Origin: Candidatus Latescibacterota bacterium
Lineage (GTDB): Bacteria > Latescibacterota > UBA2968
DNA: 64,000 nucleotides
Direction of reading: 5' to 3'
Assembly (NCBI GenBank): GCA_965207885.1
Contig: OZ242311.1
Span: forward strand, 448,001 to 512,000
Below are positions 58,000 through 64,000 of the stretch, one piece after another. The notes beneath the pieces are model-generated. The model did not search any database. It was not told the DNA's origin and saw only the letters and a list, made by a program, of their open reading frames with translations. Positions within the stretch are counted from its first letter, which is position 1. Each line of letters opens with the position of its first letter. A program made the position numbers and the translations under genes.

Positions 58000-58743
58000 A
58001 TGGCTATAGCTGAAGCACCTGCGGTACTGACGGAGGAGGAGATGCTACATTTTCGCACGCGGGGCTTTCTCGGTCCGTATTCGCTGTGTTCTGAGGTGGA
58101 GATGGCAGATCTTCGGCCGGCGATTGAAGAGGTGCTGGAGACAGATCCGCCGAATGGTAAGAATCGCATTCACAACCGGCATCTGGATAGTCGCGTGGTT
58201 TACGATTTGTCAACGCATCCCGAGATTCTCAGTCGGATGGTGGCTCTGTACGGGGCGGATTTGTTGTTGTGGCGCACGAATTTTTTTATCAAGTACAAGG
58301 GTACGAAGGCGATTCCTTGGCATCAGGATTTCAATTATTGGCCGCTCGAGCCGCCGATTATTGTTTCGGCGTGGATTGCGGTGGATGCTTCGACTAAGGA
58401 GAATGGGAATTTGCAGCTTATTCCCGGGTCACATCGCAAAATTATTCCCCATGTCAAAGCCACGCCCGATGTGCAGTTTCAGGAGATGGCCGATGCGGGG
58501 TATTACGATCCGGAGCAACTGGTCGATCTGGAGATGCAGCCGGGCGAGTTTATTTTGTTTAACGAGCGTACGTTGCATCACTCGAAAGCCAATTTCTCGG
58601 ATTTGCGGCGCATTGGTCTGGCTGTGCGCGCGATTCCTCCGATTGTGCATGTTCTCAGGTACGATTCCGACGATCACGGACTTCCGGTTATTCACGGCGA
58701 GGATACGATGGGGTTTAATCGCGTTACACAACCGCCGGTATAA
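58000..58743 (+). CDS. PhyH family Fe/2OG dioxygenase
   Basis: WHQD, ENGNLQLIPGSH and GEFILFNERTLHHS. Confidence 0.9.
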   Translation: MAIAEAPAVLTEEEMLHFRTRGFLGPYSLCSEVEMADLRPAIEEVLETDPPNGKNRIHNRHLDSRVVYDLSTHPEILSRMVALYGADLLLWRTNFFIKYKGTKAIPWHQDFNYWPLEPPIIVSAWIAVDASTKENGNLQLIPGSHRKIIPHVKATPDVQFQEMADAGYYDPEQLVDLEMQPGEFILFNERTLHHSKANFSDLRRIGLAVRAIPPIVHVLRYDSDDHGLPVIHGEDTMGFNRVTQPPV

Positions 58744-58753
58744 GGAACATTAT

Positions 58754-59941
58754 ATGAAGATTACTAATATTGAGACATTTATTGTGGATGCGGGTTGGCG
58801 CCCGTGGATATTTGTTCGGGTGGATACCGATGAGGGGATTAGCGGCTGGGGGGAGTGTAGCGATGGCCGCAGTCCGTATGGGGTTACGGGGACGGTGCGC
58901 GATTTGACGCCTTTGCTCATCGGCAAGGATCCGCGCGCTTATGAGATGCGTTTTTGGGATATGTTGCGGGGGACGCGGCAGAGTCCGGGGGGTATTGCGG
59001 CGAAGGCGATTGCGGGTGTTGAGCTCGCGCTTATTGATATTAAGGCGCGTGCGCTCGGTATTTCTGTTGTGGAGCTTTTTGGAGGTCCAACGCGGGAGCG
59101 GGTTTGCGTTTATTGGTCGCATTGCGGTACTTCGCGTGCTCGCAATAGCGATTTGCTCAATACGCCACCGCTTCGCACGATGGACGATATTGCTGCGCTG
59201 GGGCGGGAGGTTGTGGAAAGGGGATACACGGCGTTGAAGACGAATATCGTGGTACCGGGGAATCCTGCCAGTGTGTATTTTGGGGGTTTTGGCGGCGAAC
59301 CAGGGACGACGGATGGCGTGGTTTCGCGACAGATTCTCCGGCATATTGAGACGCTTATTGGTACGTTTCGAGATGCTGTGGGTCCGGATGTCGATATTAA
59401 TCTGGATCTGAATTTTAATTTCAAACCCGAGTCGTGTATGCGCATTGCCCAGGTGCTGGAACAATTTGATTTGCTGTGGCTGGAGATCGATATGTACGAG
59501 CCAGATGCGATTCGGCAGATTAAGGATGCGACGAGTACTAAAATTTGTACGGGTGAAAATTTGTTTTATATGCGCGAGTTTATTCCTTATTTCCAGGCGC
59601 GGTCTGCGGATGTGTTTATGATCGATGTGCCGTGGAATGGGTTTGCCCAGTCGAAGAAGGTAGGGGATTTGGCCGAGGCGTATCAACTCAATGTTGCGCC
59701 GCACAATTATTATAGCCATCTTTCGACGTGTATCAGTGCGAGTCTGTGCGCGGTTTTGCCGAATGTGCGTATTATGGAGATCGATGTTGACGATGTGCCC
59801 TGGCGAGAGGATATGGTGACGAATGTGCCGCATATTGAGAATGGATATTTGACGATTCCCTCAGGTCCGGGATGGGGTATTGAGATGGTTGAAGAGGTGC
59901 TCAAAGCACATCCCTGGGATAAGGGGAATGCGAATTGGTAA
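58754..59941 (+). CDS. Mandelate racemase/muconate lactonizing enzyme family (DgoD-like dehydratase)
   Basis: VRVDTDEGISGWGE, DIKARALG, GYTALK, TGEN, APHN and PSGPGWG; start ATG 58754. Confidence 0.92.
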   Translation: MKITNIETFIVDAGWRPWIFVRVDTDEGISGWGECSDGRSPYGVTGTVRDLTPLLIGKDPRAYEMRFWDMLRGTRQSPGGIAAKAIAGVELALIDIKARALGISVVELFGGPTRERVCVYWSHCGTSRARNSDLLNTPPLRTMDDIAALGREVVERGYTALKTNIVVPGNPASVYFGGFGGEPGTTDGVVSRQILRHIETLIGTFRDAVGPDVDINLDLNFNFKPESCMRIAQVLEQFDLLWLEIDMYEPDAIRQIKDATSTKICTGENLFYMREFIPYFQARSADVFMIDVPWNGFAQSKKVGDLAEAYQLNVAPHNYYSHLSTCISASLCAVLPNVRIMEIDVDDVPWREDMVTNVPHIENGYLTIPSGPGWGIEMVEEVLKAHPWDKGNANW

Positions 59942-60004
59942 GAAGTGTGAAGTAGGAAGTGTGAAGTAGGAAGTGTGAAGTAGGAAGTGTGAAGTGAGAA
60001 GGGA
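59942..60004 (+). repeat. Heptamer tandem repeat x9 with 14-bp higher-order period
   Basis: (gaagtgt gaagtag)x3 gaagtgt gaagtga gaaggga. Confidence 0.92.
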
Positions 60005-60007
60005 GGC

Positions 60008-60040
60008 TGTCATCGCGGCATGGTGTTGAGCCGCGATCCA
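60008..60040 (+). repeat. CGTC-type REP-like palindrome, copy 2
   Basis: tgtcatcgcggcatggtgttgagccgcgatcca. Confidence 0.85.
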
Positions 60041-60078
60041 GAAGATTTTTGGCTGATCGCTTTTTTTGTGAGGACAAT

Positions 60079-60819
60079 ATGGAGAATAATCAACAACACT
60101 TGTTTGAACTCGATGTGTATGGCTTTACGGTTGTTGAAGATGTTTTGACGACTGAGGAAGCTGGTGAGATGCGTGAAGCTCTTATGCGCTGTGAGAAGGA
60201 ATTTGGCACGGAGGCCAGAAATCGGGGAACCGCTCGGCATGTCGCCAATTTGCCGGTGCTGGATCGCGTTTTTCACAAGACGATTGACCATCCGCGAATC
60301 CTTCCGCTGCTGGAGCATTATCTGGAGAAGTCGCTTATTCTGGGGAGTCTCAATGCCCGCATTGTGCGCCCGGGCGATCCGGATCAGGGTTTGCACAGTG
60401 ATATTCCGCTGGAGATGCTGAATTTTAGTTCGCCAGTTATGATGAATACGATCTGGATGCTGGATGATTTTTCGCCGGTAAATGGCGGTACGCGCGTGGT
60501 GCCGGGTTCGCATAAGAGCGGGTTGGTTGTCCCGCCAGAGGATGTGTCTGTCAAGCATATTGCACAACCCGAGGGATCTGCGGGTAGTGTTATTGTTATT
60601 AACGGTCAAATATGGCATGCGGGCGGCGCGAATACGGGGACGACGAATCGCCATGCGCTGTTCGGTCATTATCGCAAACGGATGTGTATGTTCCAGGTGG
60701 ATCCCCACGATGGTTTTCCGCCCGAGTGGTTTGACGGGCTTACGGAGAGACAAAGGCAATTGATGCGGATGAGCAAGGGGCTTAGATCAGCCCACGCAGC
60801 GGATGCGCATTTTCGATAA
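60079..60819 (+). CDS. PhyH family Fe/2OG dioxygenase
   Basis: LHSD, WMLDDF..NGGTRVVPGSH and IWHAGG; start ATG 60079. Confidence 0.9.
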   Translation: MENNQQHLFELDVYGFTVVEDVLTTEEAGEMREALMRCEKEFGTEARNRGTARHVANLPVLDRVFHKTIDHPRILPLLEHYLEKSLILGSLNARIVRPGDPDQGLHSDIPLEMLNFSSPVMMNTIWMLDDFSPVNGGTRVVPGSHKSGLVVPPEDVSVKHIAQPEGSAGSVIVINGQIWHAGGANTGTTNRHALFGHYRKRMCMFQVDPHDGFPPEWFDGLTERQRQLMRMSKGLRSAHAADAHFR

Positions 60820-60823
60820 GGCG

Positions 60824-60940
60824 GTGAGACGTGAGACGAAAGACGTAAGACGTTAAAGGCACGTCATTGCGGCATGGTTTAAGCCGCAATCCAGTGGGGT
60901 GGTGTTGGGTGGATTTCTCACTTCACACTTCTCACTTCAT
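60824..60940. repeat. Composite repeat: heptamer tract, REP copy 3 (60862-60893), inverted heptamer tract
   Basis: gtgagac gtgagac gaaagac gtaagac ... cgtcattgcggcatggtttaagccgcaatcca ... ttctcac ttcacac ttctcac ttc. Confidence 0.82.
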
Positions 60941-60954
60941 AATTGGAGATCAAT

Positions 60955-61386
60955 ATGCTCGTTGGTATATCCCCATTGTTCAGTCCCGAGTTGTTGGCTA
61001 CGATTTATCGCATGGGACACGGAGATGAGATTGTTCTGGCAGATGCGCATTTTCCCGGGCATTCGGTGAATGCCAATACGCTGCGGGCAGATGGTCTGGG
61101 GGTTGCGGCGTTGCTCGAGGCGATTTTGCCCCTGTTTGTGCTGGATACGTATGTGGATAGTCCGGTTTTTATGATGGATGCAGTGCCAGGCGATACGCTT
61201 GATCCCGCAGTTGAGGCGTCTTACCGGGCTGTGATTGACAGGGTATGGCCAGATACGCCCCCCATCGCGCGCGTTGAACGTTTTGCGTTTTACGAACAGG
61301 CGAGAGATGCTTTTGCGGTTGTTATGACTGGGGAGACTGCAAAATACGGCAATGTTATTTTGAAGAAGGGTGTGACGCCGGTGTAG
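60955..61386 (+). CDS. fucU: RbsD/FucU family sugar mutarotase
   Basis: SPELL...[22 protein letters not shown] and [16 protein letters not shown]. Confidence 0.88.
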   Translation: MLVGISPLFSPELLATIYRMGHGDEIVLADAHFPGHSVNANTLRADGLGVAALLEAILPLFVLDTYVDSPVFMMDAVPGDTLDPAVEASYRAVIDRVWPDTPPIARVERFAFYEQARDAFAVVMTGETAKYGNVILKKGVTPV

Positions 61387-61390
61387 GATG

Positions 61391-61418
61391 ACCTGTCCAA
61401 AAGGACAGGTTGTTTTTG
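61391..61418 (+). terminator. Putative intrinsic terminator
   Basis: acctgtcc-aaaa-ggacaggt followed by tgtttttg. Confidence 0.6.
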
Positions 61419-61500
61419 TCCCTGGGGACGGTGTTTTGGGATTTTGGATGGCGTATTTTTGGGGTGAGATTAGTTCATTCCAATCAAAAGGAGGCATACC

Positions 61501-63267
61501 ATGGCTGTGACGACGCTTGATTATGTGCCCTGTGCGCGTGTGGAAGATATTCCCGAGGGTGGAATTAAGGCGGTGAATGTGGAGGGCCATGCGATTGCGC
61601 TGGCAAAGTCGGACGGCGAGATCCGGGCGGTGGATAACCGGTGCCCGCATATGGGGTATCCGCTGAGTGAGGGGTCGATTCACAATGGGTTGATTATTTG
61701 CCACTGGCATCACGCGCGGTTTGATCTGGTCAGCGGGTGTACGTTTGATCCGTTTGCCGATGATGTGCGGAGTTATCCGGTGGATGTGCAGGATGGTGAG
61801 ATTTATGTGAATGTGCATGCGACGCATCCCGATCCGGTGGGTCATTGGAAGCGGCGGTTGAGCGAGAGTTTGGAGCAGAATATCAATCTGGTGATTGCCA
61901 AGTCGGTGATCGCGCTTCGGGGCCAGCGGGTCGATGGCGATGATATTGCAGAGATTGGCGCGCGGTATGGTGCGCTGAGGCGGCGTCAGGGGTGGGGTCC
62001 GGGGTTGACGATTTTGACGTGTATGGCCAATGTGGTGCCGAAGCTGGCACCCGAGGATCAGGTTCTGGCGCTGTATCAGGGGTTGTTGCATGTGGCGCAG
62101 GAGACGAGTAATGCAGCGCCGAGGATTGTTTTTACGCCGCTGGAGACAGAGGAGCTGACGCTGGCGCGGATTAAGGCGTGGTTCCGCTATCTGATTGAGG
62201 TGCGAAATGCCGATGGCGCGGAGCGCGCGTTGTTGACGGCGATCCAGATGGGGGCAACGCCTTCGGAGATGTGCGATATGCTGGTGACTGCAGCGACGGA
62301 TCACTTTTATCGCGATGGCGGGCATGTGCTGGATTTTATCAATAAGGGTTTTGAGGTGCTCGAGCGCATTGGATGGGACAAGGCCGATGAGATTTTGCCT
62401 TCGCTGGTGGGTGTGCTTTCGGGTTCACAGCGGAGTGAGGAGTTGAACCGGTGGCGCAGTCCCGTTGATCTGGTGGCGTTGTTACGCGATGCGTTTGATG
62501 AGCTTGAGGATCTGGTTCGCGAGGGTGAGGGGAAGACGTGGGATGATGCGGATGCTTTGACGGAGGTTTTGTCAGGCGATGATCCGCACGCGATTGTGGA
62601 TGGGTTGAAGGCGGCGTTTGCCGGTGGGGCGACGCTGACGCAGTTGACGCAGACGCTGACTTATGCAGCGGCGTTGCGGATTGCGCGGTTTCACGTTAAG
62701 AATGAGTTTGCCGATTGGATCGCTGTGCTGCATACGCATTCGGCGGCCAATGCGCTGCATCAATGTGCAAAGCGCGCACCGTCCCTGGATCTGGCGCGGG
62801 GGATTTTTCACGGTGCAATGGCGCTGTATTTTGATCGGTGGTTTAATAAGCCGGCAGCCCGTTTGCCCCAGGATCAGCGCGCGACCCAGCAGTTGCCGGA
62901 GGATGCGGATGAGTTGCTGGATTCTTTTGTGGATTTGCTCGATACTCAGGCTCAGGTGGATGAGGCGGGGCGAATTGCGTATCGGTATTTGTCGCTGGGT
63001 CATCCGCGCGGTGCTTTGTGCGAGCGGTTGGGCCATGTGTTGCTGCGAGAAGATGCCGAGTTTCATTCGTTTCAGATGCTGGAGTCGGCGTTTAGCCAGG
63101 CAGAGGAGTTGGATGAGGAACGCGCACGGATTACGCTGGTGGGCGCGGCGCGGTATCTGGCAGCGCATGCACCAACGGCGCGTGCGTTGGGACAGACGGC
63201 GAATTTGGCACTTCGACTGCACAGGGGAGAGGATCTTTCGGCTGAGGATCCGGATGAGGAAGTTTGA
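61501..63267 (+). CDS. Rieske [2Fe-2S] domain protein with long helical C-terminal region
   Basis: DNRCPHMG...CHWHHARFDL Rieske ligands; AGGAGG RBS. Confidence 0.9.
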   Translation: MAVTTLDYVPCARVEDIPEGGIKAVNVEGHAIALAKSDGEIRAVDNRCPHMGYPLSEGSIHNGLIICHWHHARFDLVSGCTFDPFADDVRSYPVDVQDGEIYVNVHATHPDPVGHWKRRLSESLEQNINLVIAKSVIALRGQRVDGDDIAEIGARYGALRRRQGWGPGLTILTCMANVVPKLAPEDQVLALYQGLLHVAQETSNAAPRIVFTPLETEELTLARIKAWFRYLIEVRNADGAERALLTAIQMGATPSEMCDMLVTAATDHFYRDGGHVLDFINKGFEVLERIGWDKADEILPSLVGVLSGSQRSEELNRWRSPVDLVALLRDAFDELEDLVREGEGKTWDDADALTEVLSGDDPHAIVDGLKAAFAGGATLTQLTQTLTYAAALRIARFHVKNEFADWIAVLHTHSAANALHQCAKRAPSLDLARGIFHGAMALYFDRWFNKPAARLPQDQRATQQLPEDADELLDSFVDLLDTQAQVDEAGRIAYRYLSLGHPRGALCERLGHVLLREDAEFHSFQMLESAFSQAEELDEERARITLVGAARYLAAHAPTARALGQTANLALRLHRGEDLSAEDPDEEV

Positions 63268-63308
63268 AGGCGGGATAGATGATTCCAGATCACACAGATG
63301 GGTATTTC

Positions 63309-63343
63309 AAAAGCCTGTACCAGCAGTGGTGCAGGCTTTTTTT
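63309..63343. terminator. Bidirectional intrinsic terminator
   Basis: aaaagcctgtacca-gcag-tggtgcaggcttttttt between convergent genes. Confidence 0.8.
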
Positions 63344-63734
63344 ATATCGTCGGTTTCCATTTTCCCTGTACGCGATAGGCTTCATCAGGACCCGGCCACG
63401 GGGGCATGGTGATGGCGACAGCGCAGAGTGGTTCTCTGTTGTGGGCGCGAAATTGGAAGTGGGTGCCTTGCGGTATGGTGAGGGTTACGCCGGGGGCGAG
63501 GGATGCGATTTCTTCGCGGTTGCCCTGTTTGCGCCACATTTCGCCCTGTCCGCTGATGATGTACCAGATTTCTTCGACGGTGCGGTGGGCGACGGCGATG
63601 GATGTTTTTCCCGGGGCGAGTTCAAAGTGGGCCATGCCGCCATTTTTGAGTTCGAGGAGTATGCGGACGTCGGATCCATCGGGTGCGGTGACGTCGGGTT
63701 TTTGAGGCAGGTGTTTTGTGCTGAATTCGGTCAT
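63342..63734 (-). CDS. Cupin domain protein
   Basis: APDGSDVR, HRTVEEIWY..G.G and GTHFQFR; start ATG 63734. Confidence 0.9.
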   Translation of the reverse strand: MTEFSTKHLPQKPDVTAPDGSDVRILLELKNGGMAHFELAPGKTSIAVAHRTVEEIWYIISGQGEMWRKQGNREEIASLAPGVTLTIPQGTHFQFRAHNREPLCAVAITMPPWPGPDEAYRVQGKWKPTI

Positions 63735-63747
63735 GGTGTTCTCCGAT

Positions 63748-64000
63748 TTACATTTCCCGTTCTTCAATGGTTTTCCGAAGCAGGACTCTTCCGCGGTACA
63801 GCCAGGTTTTTACGGTGCCTATGGGTACTTGCATGGCTTTTTCGATTTCGGCATAAGAATAGTCCTCGATATAACGCAGGCGCATGGCTTCGCGATATTG
63901 TTGTGGCAGTGTTTGTATGCTTTTGCGTACGAGGTGTTGGCTTTCTCGTGCGTGCAGGGTGGTTTCCGGGTCTTGTGTGCCGGACGGGGCGATTTTTTGC
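63748..64000 (-). CDS. ECF sigma factor, C-terminal part (5' end off window)
   Basis: Hand translation ...LPQQYREAMRLRYIEDYSYAEIEKAMQVPIGTVKTWLYRGR...; region 4, similar to 50634-51215. Confidence 0.88.
   Translation of the reverse strand, partial: QKIAPSGTQDPETTLHARESQHLVRKSIQTLPQQYREAMRLRYIEDYSYAEIEKAMQVPIGTVKTWLYRGRVLLRKTIEEREM

Noticed and set aside
58000-58743. Fe/2OG halogenase
   Set aside because: It retains HQD; halogenases replace the Asp with Gly or Ala.
58124-58753. 605-aa version of the MR/MLE ORF
   Set aside because: The extension overlaps the PhyH gene in another frame; family similarity and RBS start at ATG 58754.
59942-60940. Possible CRISPR array from clustered repeats
   Set aside because: Units are 7-bp tandem repeats or isolated hairpins with no regular unique spacers, and there are no cas genes.
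60937-62325. Long antisense ORFs (462 aa here; also 19494-20711, 58724-59833, 5371-6216)
   Set aside because: Shadows of well-supported genes on the opposite strand, with biased composition and no motifs.

Overview
Bacterial chromosomal window with three kinds of content. (1) 1-8.1 kb is a type I restriction-modification locus on the minus strand. hsdM and hsdS are separated by about 3.8 kb of toxin-antitoxin and defence cargo and gene remnants, and a Fic gene lies upstream. (2) 8.4-28.3 kb and 55.5-64 kb are catabolic and housekeeping genes: four PhyH-type Fe/2OG dioxygenases, two sulfatases, a heparinase II/III-like lyase, PhoD, lactonases, coaD, lon, FucU and a Rieske protein. This part also has a sigma54-dependent response regulator paired with a kinase that lacks an extracytoplasmic sensor domain. 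(3) 32.6-55.1 kb is a co-oriented array of eight full-length plus one IS-truncated ~800-aa MacB/FtsX-like ABC permeases, with no ATPase or adaptor gene in the window. An ECF sigma factor, a TlpA-like redoxin and a DUF2283/DUF4258 pair are interleaved. The best candidate system is this array. Its two sub-operons are preceded by consensus sigma54 -24/-12 promoters that share a 42/43-identical upstream element, lon has a third sigma54 promoter, and paralogs have near-identical membrane segments with divergent periplasmic domains. This suggests a Bce-like sensing or export receptor array (inference). Intergenic DNA is built from recurring heptamer tracts and several REP-like palindromes, one apparently inserted in frame in a hicB gene. 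No rRNA, tRNA or CRISPR array was recognised. All family assignments are from motif recognition by eye, not database searches.
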